A stretch of DNA of 64,000 nucleotides from an uncultured Actinomycetota bacterium (GTDB lineage: Bacteria; Actinomycetota; Actinomycetes; Actinomycetales; Kineosporiaceae), in contig CAVWLJ010000009.1 in the NCBI GenBank assembly GCA_963755755.1, positions 176,358 to 240,357 on the forward strand. The letters are read 5' to 3'. The position numbers were made by a program, and so were the translations under genes. The notes beneath the pieces are model-generated. The model made no database searches, was not told the DNA's origin, and saw only the letters and a list, made by a program, of their open reading frames with translations. Shown here one piece after another: positions 54,155 through 64,000 of the stretch (the stretch's first letter is position 1; each line of letters begins with the position of its first letter).

Positions 54155-56972
54155 TCAGACCACCGAGGAGTAGGCGACGACGCCGCGACGGACGCCGTCG
54201 ATCGCGTCCTTCGCCGCCCGGCGCAGCGCGGTGCCGCCGTCCGCCTCGGCCGCGGCGAGCTCGATCTGCCCGAGCAGGTCGATCACCTGCTTGCACCAGC
54301 GGACGAAGTCGCCGGCGGCGAGGTCGGCGTCCGAGAGCACCGACTCCAGCCGCGCGCCGCCCGCCCACCGGTGCACGGCCCAGGCGAGGCCGAGGTCGGG
54401 TTCCGGCGTGACGTCGAGCCCGTGGTCGTGCTCGGCGTCCTCGAGCTGCGACCACAGCCGCACCGTCTCCTCCAGGGCGCGGCGGGCGGCACCGGGAGGC
54501 AGGCGCGGGCTGAGGCCGGTGTCGTCGCGCCGTGACTCGTAGACGATGGCGCTGGCGCACGCGGCGAGCGCCGGGCCGTCGAGGCCGGTCCAGACGCCCT
54601 CGCGCAGGCACTCCGCGACCAGCAGGTCGGCCTCGGTGTAGATGCGCTTGAGGCGCCGGCCCTCGAGGGTCACGGTGTCGCCGGCGAGGTAGCCGCGCTC
54701 GGTGAGCAGGTCGCAGACCCGGTCGAACACCCGCGCGATCGTGTTGGTCCGCCCCTCGATCCGGCGGGTGAGCTGCTCGGTCTCGCGCTGCAGCCGCCAC
54801 CAGCGCTGGGCCCACCGGGCGTGCTCCTCGCGCTCCGCGCAGCCGTGGCAGGGGTGGGCCCGCAGCCGGCGGCGCAGGTCGGCGAGCTCCTCGTCGTCCG
54901 CCGCGAGCGAGCGGCCGCGGTGCGGGCGCAGGTCGTCGTCCAGCGCCGCCCCCAGCGCGTTCCGCAGGGTGGAGGCGAGGTCGCGCCGCGACCCGGGGTT
55001 GCGCGAGTTGAACGACTTCGGCACGGCGACCCGGGTCAACGGCTCCAGCGGCCCGGGCACCTCCTGCAGGGAGAGCCGGTGGATCTGCCGGTCGACGGTC
55101 AGCACGGTCGGGCGCGGCCCGTCGGCGCCTCCCGGCGTCCCCGGGTCGACGACGACCGCCCAGCCCGCCCGGCGCCCGGCCTGGACGCGCACGACGTCCC
55201 CGCGCCGCAGCTTCTCCAGCGAGGCGAGCGCCGCGGCCCGGTGGTCGCGGTTGGACCTGCGGGAGAGCTCCGCCTCGCGATCGGCGATCCGCCGGCGCAG
55301 CGCCGCGTACTCGGAGAAGTCGCCGAGGTGGCACCGCATCGCCTCGGCGTAGCCGGCCAGCGCCTCCTCCTGGCGGCGCGCCTGCCGCGCCAGGCCGACC
55401 ACCGCCCGGTCGGCCTGGAACTGCGCGAACGACGTCTCGAGGATCTCCCGGGCCCGGGCGCGGCCGACCTGGTCGACGAGGTTGACGGCCATGTTGTACG
55501 TCGGGCGGAAGCTGGAGCGCAGCGGGTAGGTGCGGGTCGACGCCAGCCCGGCGACCGACTCCGGGTCGAGACCCGGCTGCCAGAGGACGACGGCGTGCCC
55601 CTCGACGTCGATCCCGCGCCGGCCGGCGCGGCCGGTGAGCTGGGTGTACTCGCCGGGCGTGATGTCCGCGTGCGTCTCCCCGTTCCACTTCACGAGCTTC
55701 TCGAGCACCACCGACCGCGCGGGCATGTTGACCCCGAGCGCGAGGGTCTCGGTCGCGAACACGGCCTTGACCAGGCCGCGGGAGAAGAGCTCCTCGACGA
55801 CCTCCTTGAACGTCGGCAGCAGCCCGGCGTGGTGCGCGGCGAGGCCCCGCTCGAGGCCCTCCGCCCACTCCCAGTAGCCCAGGACGCCGAGGTCCTCGTC
55901 CGGGATGTCCGCGCACCGGACGTCGATGACGCGCCGGATCTCGTCCCGCTCCTCCGGCGTCGTCAGCCGGACGCCCCAGTGCAGGCACTGCTGGACGGCG
56001 GCGTCGCAGCCGGCCCGGCTGAAGATGAAGGTGATGGCGGGCAGCAGCCCGGCCCGGTCGAGCTGTCCGATGACGTCGGCGCGGCTCGGGGTCGACCGGC
56101 CGGGCAGGCCGCGTGGCGGCCGGCGTCCCTTGCCCCGGCTCGACGCGGACCAGCCGGCTCTCGTCCCGGGCGAGCCGGAGCAGTTCGGGGTTGACCCGGG
56201 CGGGCCCGGGCACGGGGTGGCCGTCGGCCGCGGTGATGGTCGGGACGTCGTCGGCGAACAGGTCGTACATCCGCTGGCCCACCATGACGTGCTGCCAGAG
56301 CGGCACGGGCCGGTGCTCGCTGACCACCACCTCCGTGTCGCCCCGGACGGTGTCGAGCCAGTCGCCGAACTCCTCGGCGTTGCTCACCGTGGCCGAGAGC
56401 GAGACGACGAGGACGTCGTCCGGGAGGTGGATGATCACCTCTTCCCAGACGGCGCCCCGGAACCGGTCGGCCAGGTAGTGGACCTCGTCCATGACGACGT
56501 AGCCGAGGCCGCCGAGCGTCGGGGAGTCCGCGTAGAGCATGTTGCGCAGGACCTCGGTCGTCATCACGACGATCGGCGCCTCGCCGTTGATCGTGTTGTC
56601 GCCGGTCAGGAGCCCGACGGCCTCCGCCCCGTACCGCCGGACCAGATCGCTGTACTTCTGGTTCGACAGCGCCTTGATCGGCGTGGTGTAGAACGCCTTG
56701 CGGCCGGTCTGCATCGCCAGGTGCACGGCGAACTCACCGACGACGGTCTTGCCGGACCCCGTCGGCGCGGCCACGAGCACGCCCCGGCCGTCGGCGAGCG
56801 CCTCGCAGGCCCGGAGCTGGAACTCGTCCAGCTCGAAGGGGTACTGCCGGCGGAAGGTGCCGAGCGGGCCGTTCTCGGCCCGGGCCCGGGCGGCGGCTCG
56901 CGCGTAGCGCTCAGCAGGCGACGGGGATGCCGGCGCTGGGTCCGCCGCACGGCCGCCGGCGGTGGACGTCAT
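54155..56972 (-). CDS. helY: Ski2-like DEAD/DEAH-box helicase HelY; one +1 frame break at ~56110
   Basis: VAAPTGSGKT, VVMDEVHYL and SLSATVSN are present. TETLALGVNMPARSVV and GRAGRRGID lie in ORF 54155..55762. Confidence 0.9.
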
Positions 56973-57007
56973 GGCTCAACGCTAACCGGTGCCCCTGGAT
57001 GCGACAG

Positions 57008-57912
57008 TCAGGCCAGCAGAGTCAGCGCGCCCGGGACTGCCTCGCAGGTCAGCGGCAGGGCGTCCGAAGCGCTCGCCGTCGGCGTAGCCGACGATGCCCT
57101 TCTGCTCGGGCAGCGCGTCGATCCGCACCCGAGCGGCGCGGTGGATCCGGACGCCGGGATGGTCCACGTGCCGGCCCGCGAAGACGCGGGGGAAGATCCG
57201 CACGAACTCGAGGCGCGAGATCGGCCCCGCCACCACGACGTCGAGGAGCCCGTCGTCGACCCGGGCGTCCGGGCTGATCCGCATGCCCCCGCCGTACGCC
57301 GGGGCGTTCGCGATCGCGACGAGCATGGCGCGGGGTCCGCACCTCGCGGCCGTCGAGGTCCAGCACGTAGTGGCGCTCCCGGAAGACGGGCAGCTCGCGG
57401 GCGACCGCGAGGGTGTACTTCGCCTGCCCGCGCGGCCACCGCCAGCCGTTGGCGCGCTCGTTGACGACGGCGTCGAACCCCGCCGCCAGGACGCCGGCGA
57501 ACCACCGCGTGCTGCCGTCGCCCAGCTCGCAGCGCACCGCGTCGACCTTCCGTTGCCGCCCCGCGGCGGCGCGGAGCACGGCCGAGGCGGCTTCGGCCGG
57601 GTCGAAGGGCAGGCCGAGCTCACGGGCGATGTCGTTGCCCGTCCCGGCGGGAACGACGCCGAGCGGAGTTCCCGTGCCCGCCACGGCGTTCACGGCCAGG
57701 TTGACGGTGCCGTCGCCGCCGAACGCGACGACGCCGTCCACGCCGGCGAGGACCGCGTCCGCCAGCCTCGCCGCGGTGCTCGCGGCGTCCGGCCCCGTGA
57801 CGTCGACGACGTCGGCGCCGTCCCTGAGGGCGAGGAGCGCGGCCGCGCTCCTGCGCACACCACGGCCGCCCCGAGAGGCGGGATTGAGCACGATCGCGAG
57901 CCGCGGCCTCAC
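57008..57912 (-). CDS. Diacylglycerol/lipid kinase (YegS/DAGK catalytic domain family); two +1 frame breaks (~57340, ~57062)
   Basis: VVAFGGDGTVN and VVPAGTGNDIAREL are present. The C-terminal AMLVAIANAPAYGGGMRISPDARVDDGLLDVV lies in a second frame, and the tail ALPLTCEAVPGALTLLA in a third. Confidence 0.8.
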
Positions 57913-57919
57913 CGCGGCG

Positions 57920-58813
57920 TCACGAGTGCGTCGGCCGGTCGCCGGCCCCGGCGTCCACCTCGTCGTCGTAGGGGTCGTACCCGGCGTCGCCGTCCAGCGG
58001 GGACGCCTCGTCGTCGGAGAGGTCGCCGAAGCCCGCCGCCGCCGCTCGCTTGGCGCGGCGCCGATCGTTCAGGAAGGCGATCCCGACGGCGATCATGTAG
58101 AGCCCCACCATGGGGAATGCCAGCGCCAGCATCGAACCGGCGTCCGGGGTGGGCGAGGCGATCGCGGCGAAGAGGAAGCAGAAGAACACCGCGACCCGCC
58201 AGGCCTTGGCCAGGGTGGCGGCGCGGACCACGCCGGCCATGTTGAGCCCGACGAGCAGCAGCGGGATGACGAAGGCGATGCCGAACGCCAGCATGATCTG
58301 CAGCACGAAGGTGAAGTAGTCGCTGGCGTTGATGATGTTCGAGGTGCCCTTGGGCGTGAAGTCCGTCAGGAACCGCACGGCGTTCGGCAGCACGAGCCAC
58401 GCCAGGCCGATGCCGACCAGGAACAGCGGCACCGCGGCGGCGACGAAGGCCATCGAGTACCGCTTCTCGCGCTTGGTGAGCCCGGGCACGATGAAGGCCC
58501 AGAGCTGGTAGAGCCAGACGGGGCTCGAGACGACGAGCCCGATGTAGATCGACATCCTCAGCCGGAGGTTGAAGGACGTCGCGACCTGCTCGAAGTTGAG
58601 CGTGACGAGGTCGCCGTGCCGCTGCGCCGCGAGCTCGATGATCGGCCGCTGCAGCGCGTCGTAGACCGGCGGGTAGAGGAACCAGCCCACGACGCCGCCG
58701 ATCAGGACCGCGAGACCGGCCTTGAGCAGACGCTGGCGGAGTTCACGCAGGTGTTCGCGGAGGGGCATGCGCCCCTCGGGATCCCTGGGGCGCCGCCGCA
58801 GCGGAGCGGCCAT
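57920..58813 (-). CDS. tatC: Twin-arginine translocase subunit TatC
   Basis: MPLREHLRELRQRLLK is present, with six TM helices, FIVPGLTKREK and FAAIASPTPD. Confidence 0.95.
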   Translation of the reverse strand: MAAPLRRRPRDPEGRMPLREHLRELRQRLLKAGLAVLIGGVVGWFLYPPVYDALQRPIIELAAQRHGDLVTLNFEQVATSFNLRLRMSIYIGLVVSSPVWLYQLWAFIVPGLTKREKRYSMAFVAAAVPLFLVGIGLAWLVLPNAVRFLTDFTPKGTSNIINASDYFTFVLQIMLAFGIAFVIPLLLVGLNMAGVVRAATLAKAWRVAVFFCFLFAAIASPTPDAGSMLALAFPMVGLYMIAVGIAFLNDRRRAKRAAAAGFGDLSDDEASPLDGDAGYDPYDDEVDAGAGDRPTHS

Positions 58814-58831
58814 GGCGAGTGCGGGGACGGG

Positions 58832-59104
58832 TCAGACGTCGCGGCGCGGCTCGCCGGGCGTGCCCGCGCGCTGCTGCTCGTCGTCCACCACGCGACCCTC
58901 GTACGGACCCTCGATGGGTTCCGTCGGCCGCTTCACGGGCCGGGGAGCATCGTCGTCCTGCATCTGCTTCATCTCGGACTTGAAGATCCGCAGAGACCGG
59001 CCGAGGCCACGCGCCGCGTCAGGAAGGCGTCGCCCGCCGAAGAGCAGCAGGACGATGATCACCAGGATGACGATATGCCAGCCGTCGAACAGATTGCGGA
59101 ACAT
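58832..59104 (-). CDS. tatA: Twin-arginine translocase subunit TatA/E
   Basis: [46 protein letters not shown] is present. Confidence 0.9.
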   Translation of the reverse strand: MFRNLFDGWHIVILVIIVLLLFGGRRLPDAARGLGRSLRIFKSEMKQMQDDDAPRPVKRPTEPIEGPYEGRVVDDEQQRAGTPGEPRRDV

Positions 59105-59174
59105 GGATATGTCCTCTCCCGGGGGTCGGTCAGCGCCATCGTACGTCCTGTCACCGTCGTCGGGGTCGACGGCC

Positions 59175-59405
59175 TCACGGCGTCCTTCGGGTGGACGACG
59201 GGCGATGGTCCGGGATCGGAGGGGCGATGTCGGTCTCCGGGGTGGGTCGCGCCTCGGCGGCGGCGGTGAGCCGGTCGGCCGCGTCACCGATCTCGGCGAG
59301 CAGCCTGCGGCCCTGCCGGTAGACCCGCACGGCCACCAGTGCGACGACGGCGAGGGCGATCAGGAGGAGCAGCAGCCCGATGAGCAGCACCAGCCACCAC
59401 GACAC
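59175..59405 (-). CDS. Small hypothetical single-pass membrane protein
   Basis: GTG 59405 gives [46 protein letters not shown]... Confidence 0.35.
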   Translation of the reverse strand: MSWWLVLLIGLLLLLIALAVVALVAVRVYRQGRRLLAEIGDAADRLTAAAEARPTPETDIAPPIPDHRPSSTRRTP

Positions 59406-59460
59406 GGGGAGCAGGCTACCCGGGGTCGACGCCGGTCGGGCCGTCAGGGAGCGGTGCTGG

Positions 59461-59835
59461 TCAGGACCGGTGCTGCGGGACGCCGAGGTCGTCGCCGGCG
59501 ACGTGCCGGCCGTGCCGGGGTGCGGCGGCGGCCGCGACGAGGTCGGCCCGGTCGAGCCAGAGCGCGAAGTCGAGCACGTCGTCGTAGCCGAGGGCGGGGC
59601 CGTCGTGGCGCTCCAGCGCCTCGGCGGGCACGGCCCACGGTTCGGCGACGACACCGCCGGAGATGAGCAGGGCGACGACGTCGCGGCCCGCGGGCTTGCG
59701 GACCTCCTCCAGGCACGAGGCGCACGAGAAGGCGTAGTACGACCACGTCCTGACCGAGCAGACGACGAGTCGGACCTGGTGTGCGGTGAGTTCGACGTCA
59801 CCGCACGTGGGGCAGGACGCCTTGATGGTCGTCAT
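59461..59835 (-). CDS. Conserved hypothetical protein with a 4-Cys zinc-ribbon-like motif
   Basis: MTTIKASCPTCGDVELTAHQVRLVVC...YYAFSCASCLEEV has CxxC...CxxC. GC3 is coding-like. Confidence 0.5.
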   Translation of the reverse strand: MTTIKASCPTCGDVELTAHQVRLVVCSVRTWSYYAFSCASCLEEVRKPAGRDVVALLISGGVVAEPWAVPAEALERHDGPALGYDDVLDFALWLDRADLVAAAAAPRHGRHVAGDDLGVPQHRS

Positions 59836-60009
59836 GGTCCGGGCACCTCCCGCGCGCCTGATCTCGTTCGAGGCGAACCGGTCGACGAGGTTCTGCTTAC
59901 CCCGATCGATCGGTCGCTACCAGCGAGCACATGAGCACTGTCCGTAACTCGCCTCTGCATCTTGACACCCACGGAGTAGGTGTGCGGGCAGGACACGAAG
60001 ACCCGGGGG

Positions 60010-60984
60010 TCAGCCGTTCGGGGAGGCTTCGGGGTAGGCCGCCAGGGCGGCGGAGGCGCGCACGCGGACCTGTTCTGCCAGGTCAGGCGGGGTCACGACG
60101 CGGAGTGCCCCGCCGAGGCGCAGGGCCATCCGGGGCACCCAGTCGGGCGAGGCGGCCCGCAGCGTGACGCGCAGCCGTCCGTCGCCCAGGTCGGCGACGT
60201 TCTCCACCGGGTAGTACGTCGCCACCCAGTGCGCCTCCGGCTCGACGTCGACGGTGACGACGACGTCCTCCGGCGACGGGGTGAAGAGACGCTCGTCGGC
60301 GTCCCGGCTCACGGCGTCCCGCGGCGGGGTGCCGTCGACGTCGAGCACGGCGATCCCGACGATGCGGTCCAGCCGGAACAGCCGGACCGCTTCCGACCGG
60401 TGGCACCAGCCCTCGAGGTACCAGCGGTCCCCCACGTTGAGCACGCGCATGGGGTCCACGTCGCGCTCCGTCGTCTCGTCCCGGCTCGGCACGAGGTACC
60501 GCAGGTGCAGGCGCCGGCGGTGCTGGAGGGCTTCGCGGGCGGCGGCGAGGACGTTCTCCTGCGCGCCGCGGGCGAGCGTGGCCGAGACGGCGGACGCCGC
60601 CACCGCCGCGTCTCCGGCGGCCGCGGAGAGCTTGGTCAGCGCCGACTCCAGCGCCGACCGCTCGTGCAGCCCCGGCACCTGGGCGAGCGTCCGGAGCCCC
60701 GCGAGCAGGGCGACGGCCTCGTCGACGGAGAGGCGCAGCGGCCGGGCGATCGGGTCGGCGTTGCCCAGGTAGACCTGGCCGGACTCCCAGTCGGCCTCGA
60801 TGAGGTCGTCCGGCATGTGGCCGGGGGTGCCGCACACGAAGAGCAGCTCGAGGTCACGGACGAGCTGGGTCTCGCTGATCCCGAAGTGCCGCGCCGCCTC
60901 GTCCAGGCCGACGCCCTGGCGGTTCAGCAGCCACGGGACCATCGCCAGCAGCCGGGAGAGCCGCTCGGCGGAGGCCGCGGTCAC
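60010..60984 (-). CDS. pafC: HTH + WYL-domain transcriptional regulator PafC
   Basis: GTG 60984 overlaps the pafB stop (GTGA). ERLSRLLAMVPWLLNRQGVGLDEAARHFGISETQLVRDL and RVLNVGDRWYLEGWCH are present. Confidence 0.8.
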   Translation of the reverse strand: MTAASAERLSRLLAMVPWLLNRQGVGLDEAARHFGISETQLVRDLELLFVCGTPGHMPDDLIEADWESGQVYLGNADPIARPLRLSVDEAVALLAGLRTLAQVPGLHERSALESALTKLSAAAGDAAVAASAVSATLARGAQENVLAAAREALQHRRRLHLRYLVPSRDETTERDVDPMRVLNVGDRWYLEGWCHRSEAVRLFRLDRIVGIAVLDVDGTPPRDAVSRDADERLFTPSPEDVVVTVDVEPEAHWVATYYPVENVADLGDGRLRVTLRAASPDWVPRMALRLGGALRVVTPPDLAEQVRVRASAALAAYPEASPNG

Positions 60985-61982
60985 GAACCCACCCGCTCCC
61001 CCGCCTCGTAGCTCGCCGCCGACAGCGCCGCGGAGAGCACGCGCACGACCGCCGCGCGGACGTCGGCGGGCTCGAGCGCGACGACGTCCGGACCGTAGCC
61101 GGCGATCTCGTGGGCGAGGTCGGTGACGTCGCGGACGGTAACGCGTACGGCGTCCCAGCCCGGCTCGTCGGAGGGAGCCGCGGAGAGGGCCCGCTGGCGC
61201 AGGAGCACGGCGCGACCGGCGCGCACCCGCAGCTCGGCCACGCGCTCGTCGCGGACCTCGGGCGCGAACGCCACCAGCTCCACGTCGGCGTCGGCGTCCT
61301 GCGGGACGTCGTACGAGCCGTCGGGGCCGATGCGCCGGATGCCGCCCTCGATCCGGGAGAGCCGGAACGAGCGGCGCGCCTGCCGGTCCCGGTCGAAGCC
61401 GACGACGTACCAGTACCGGCCGCGGCTGGTCAGCACCCAAGGCTCCAGGTGCCGGCTGGTCGTCGCCCCCTCCCGCGAGCGGTAGGTGAAGGTGACGGGC
61501 GCACGGTCGCGGGTGGCGGCGTAGAGCGGCTCGAACGCGGGCTCGGCGGCGCGCACCTTCGGCTCGACGCCGACGAGGGACTCGTCGTCGGTGTCCACGC
61601 CGAGCGCCTTGAGCTTGACCAGCGCCCGGGCAGCCGGCCCGGCCAGGCTGGCCTGCTGCCAGACGCGGCTGGCGAGGCCGAGGACGGCGAGCTCCTCGGC
61701 GCTGAACTCGACGTCGGGCAGGGCGTAGGCGGTGCGGTCGATCCGGTAGCCCGTCTCGTCCTCGAACCAGGAGCTGTGGCTGCCGGTCACCAGCGGGACG
61801 CCGAGTTCGCGCAGGTCCTCCTTGTCGCGCTCGAACATCCGGTCGAACGCCTCGGTGGTCGCGCACTCGGCGTACTGCGGCACGGCGGAACGGATCTGCT
61901 CCTTCGTCAGCCAGGACCTCGTGGAGAGCAGGCAGATGACGAGATTGAGCAGCCGTTCGGTACGGTGCGCGGGCGCGGCCAT
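60981..61982 (-). CDS. pafB: HTH + WYL-domain transcriptional regulator PafB
   Basis: ATG 61982 gives MAAPAHRTERLLNLVICLLSTRSWLTKEQIRSAV. RGRYWYVVGFDRDRQARRSFRLSRI is present. Confidence 0.8.
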   Translation of the reverse strand: MAAPAHRTERLLNLVICLLSTRSWLTKEQIRSAVPQYAECATTEAFDRMFERDKEDLRELGVPLVTGSHSSWFEDETGYRIDRTAYALPDVEFSAEELAVLGLASRVWQQASLAGPAARALVKLKALGVDTDDESLVGVEPKVRAAEPAFEPLYAATRDRAPVTFTYRSREGATTSRHLEPWVLTSRGRYWYVVGFDRDRQARRSFRLSRIEGGIRRIGPDGSYDVPQDADADVELVAFAPEVRDERVAELRVRAGRAVLLRQRALSAAPSDEPGWDAVRVTVRDVTDLAHEIAGYGPDVVALEPADVRAAVVRVLSAALSAASYEAGERVGS

Positions 61983-62145
61983 CGCCCAGCACGCTACCCG
62001 AGCGGTGAACCGCCGCGTGCGCGCCTGGCCCTGGGACCGCTCAGCCGCCACCGCCGAGTCGAATCCACCGCGCGGGCCCCGGCCCTGGGACCGCTCAGCA
62101 CGCTTTCGAGGCTCACGTGACCGCCACGCTCCACGGGAGGACGAC

Positions 62146-63254
62146 ATGATCCAGTGGCGCGAGGCGCGCGTCATCGCGGGTGCGGGGGTCGTGGGCCGGC
62201 GCGGTCGAGCTCGAGGTCGACGTCGCGGGGACGCCCGGATCCCCGGGCGGCTCCTGCCGCGCGCTCGCGTACCCGGCGCTGGTCGGCGAGCCGCGGGTCG
62301 GCGAGCTCGTCCTGCTCAACACGACGGCCCTGGAGGCGGGGCTCGGCACCGGCGGGTACGCCTTCGTCGTCGCGATCCCCCGACCGGCTCCCCGTCGATC
62401 CGCCGCTCGGGCCGGGGCACCTCGTCAAGGCCCGGTACACGCCGCAGCAGGTGATGGTCCTCGGCGTGGACGAGCAGGACTCGCCGCACCACGAACTGCT
62501 GCGGGACGCCGACGACCTGTCCGGGCTGCCCGTCGTGGTCGCCGACCTGCACTCGTCCCTGCCGGCCGTGCTGGCCGGCGTCCGGTCGGTGCGGCCGGAC
62601 GCGCGCGTCGCCTATCTCATGACGGACGGCGGGGCGCTGCCGGCCTGGTTCTCCCGGACCGTGGCGGGGCTGCGGGACGCCGGATGGCTGGCCGCCTGCA
62701 TCACCGTGGGGCAGGCCTTCGGCGGTGACCTGGAAGCGGTGACGGTGCACTCGGGGCTGCTGGCGGCCCGGCTCGTCGTCGGGGCGGACGTCGCGGTCGT
62801 GGCCCAGGGCCCGGGCAACCTCGGCACCGGCACCCGGTGGGGGTTCTCGGGCGTGACGGCGGGCGAGGCGGTGAACGCGGCGGGCGTGCTGCGCGGGCAG
62901 CCGGTCGCGGCGCTGCGGGTGTCGGCCGCGGACGCGCGGGAGCGGCACCGCGGTCTCTCCCACCACAGCCGGACCGCGCTGGGGCGTGTGGCGCTCGTGC
63001 CGGCCGACGTCGCGGTGCTCGAGCCGATCGACGAGTTCTGGGAGTCGGTGCGTGCCGCGGCGGCCGAGCTGTGCGCGCAGGGCGGCCTGCACCGGCTGGT
63101 CGAGGTGCCGGCCGACGGGCTGCGCGAGGCGCTGTCGGCGTCACCGGTCCGGCTGTCGACGATGGGCCGGGGGCTGGAGGCCGACGAGCCGGCGTTCCTC
63201 GCCGCCGCGGCTGCCGGCCGCCACGCCGCCGACCTGCTCCCATCGCCGCGCTGA
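62146..63254 (+). CDS. DUF3866-family protein; two +1 frame breaks (~62180, ~62385)
   Basis: MIQWREARV / GAVELEVDV...RALAYPALVGEPRVGELVLLNTTALEAGLGTGGYAFVVA / GHLVKARYTPQQVMVLGVDEQDSPHH...VVVADLHSSLPAV is read across three frames. Confidence 0.65.
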
Positions 63255-63356
63255 TCACCCAACTCGCGCTGATCGCCCAACCTCGCGCGGATCATGCAAT
63301 CCGCGTCTGATCGTGGCCGGCCGGCTACAGATCAACGCGGATTGCATGATCAGCGC
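63248..63356. repeat. GATC-rich palindromic intergenic element with a triplicated half-unit, between convergent DUF3866 and FKBP genes
   Basis: The right arm ACAGATCAACGCGGATTGCATGATCAGCGC (63327-63356) contains the full 29-nt right arm of the 54060-54088 copy with no mismatch. The left arm GCGCGGATCATGCAATCCGCGTCTGATCGTGG is imperfect. It is preceded by GCGCTGATCACCCAACTC and GCGCTGATCGCCCAACCTC. There are 6 GATC sites. Confidence 0.8.
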
Positions 63357-63392
63357 ATGGGAAAGAGAGGGCGCCCGAGGAGGGTGGAGGGT

Positions 63393-63842
63393 CTAGCGGG
63401 CGTCGACGAGGTCGACGACGAAGATCAGGGTCTCCCCCGGCCTGATGGCGCCGCCCGCGCCGCGGTCGCCGTAGCCGAGCCGCGGCGGGATGACGATGCG
63501 CCGGCGTCCGCCGACCTTCATGCCCTGGATCCCCTGGTCCCACCCGGCGATCACCTGGCCGGCGCCGAGCCGGAAGTCCAGGGGCTGGCCGCGGTTCCAG
63601 GAGGCGTCGAACTCCTCCCCCGTCGAGTACGCGACACCCACGTAGTGCGTCCTGACCGTCATGCCGGCCTTCGCCTCCGTGCCGTCGCCGACGACCTCGT
63701 CGACCACCTGCAGGTCCTGGGGCGGCGGGCCGTCGGGGAAGTCGATCTCGGGGCGCTGCCGCTGGGTCTCGGCCATCGTGTCCTCCTGCTCGTCGGTGTC
63801 CGGTCGGTGTCTGGTCTGGGTCGGAATCGCGTCGGTGGTCAT
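63393..63842 (-). CDS. FKBP-type peptidyl-prolyl cis-trans isomerase (alternative start ATG 63776)
   Basis: VRTHYVGVAYSTGEEFDASWNRGQPLDFRLGAGQVIAGWDQGIQGMKVGGRRRIVIPP..GYG is present. Confidence 0.85.
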   Translation of the reverse strand: MTTDAIPTQTRHRPDTDEQEDTMAETQRQRPEIDFPDGPPPQDLQVVDEVVGDGTEAKAGMTVRTHYVGVAYSTGEEFDASWNRGQPLDFRLGAGQVIAGWDQGIQGMKVGGRRRIVIPPRLGYGDRGAGGAIRPGETLIFVVDLVDAR

Positions 63843-63892
63843 GGTGGTCGCGATCCCGGCGCCTCGCCCGGTCAGCGGGCAGGGGGCCGGGG

Positions 63893-64000
63893 TCAGCCGG
63901 CGTCGAGGATGTCGACGACGAAGACGAGGGTGTCGGTGCCGCGGACGCCGAAGCTGTCGTTGCCGGCGGCGCCGTAGCCGTCGTCGGGCGGCACCACGAG
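63893..64000 (-). CDS. Second FKBP-type PPIase, C-terminal fragment (5' part outside the window)
   Basis: The reverse strand gives ...LVVPPDDGYGAAGNDSFGVRGTDTLVFVVDILDAG-stop (TGA complement at 63893-63895). Confidence 0.7.
   Translation of the reverse strand, partial: LVVPPDDGYGAAGNDSFGVRGTDTLVFVVDILDAG

Noticed and set aside
62050-62075. tRNA-like T-loop (GAGTCGAATCCACC)
   Set aside because: There is no complementary T-stem, no acceptor stem and no anticodon arm around it. It lies inside the pafB/DUF3866 spacer repeats.

Overview
This is a high-GC (about 70-75 % by eye) chromosomal core segment of an actinobacterium. The gene orders rbpA-fxsA-lnt and 5'-3' exonuclease-helY-DAG kinase-tatC-tatA-pafC-pafB-DUF3866-FKBP-FKBP are typical of Actinomycetota. 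It looks Micrococcales/Cellulomonas-like, but that is not provable from here. I support about 55 protein genes. I saw no rRNA, tRNA, CRISPR array, transposase, integrase or phage genes.

Content in order:
- CapA-like lipoprotein, membrane glycosyltransferase, smc, pepN, an orphan ParA-like ATPase
- glycine riboswitch + gcvP, GH13 alpha-glucosidase, sbcCD
- GCS2-family ligase, PilZ protein, TrpB2, pyruvate carboxylase
- VWA lipoprotein, several small membrane proteins, an Flp-like pilin with a Pro/Thr tail, an HtrA-like protease
- leuS, CDF transporter, M15 peptidase, GDPD, MFS transporter, rbpA, fxsA, lnt
- a dispersed lysine 2,3-/5,6-aminomutase catabolic gene set (kal-kamE-kamD; amidohydrolase-kdd; kamA; Lrp regulator)
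- the helY/tat/pafBC neighbourhood

Signals worth a second look:
1. A 14-codon Leu-Leu-Leu leader ORF plus an intrinsic terminator lies in the leuS leader. This looks like a leader-peptide attenuator on a tRNA synthetase gene.
2. A family of GATC-dense palindromic elements sits at three convergent gene junctions. Two copies share an identical 29-30 nt arm.
3. About two dozen reading-frame breaks interrupt conserved and essential genes, and every one is a net +1 shift. I read this as a systematic sequence or assembly artefact rather than gene decay.
4. The glycine riboswitch appears to be a singlet with a ghost aptamer.
5. A ~180-nt leader between kamD and plsC is closed by a 9-bp long-range helix.

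I did not find a clear-cut novel multi-gene system such as a defence island. Start and end coordinates of frameshifted genes are exact where they rest on the ORF track and about +/-10 nt at the frame junctions.
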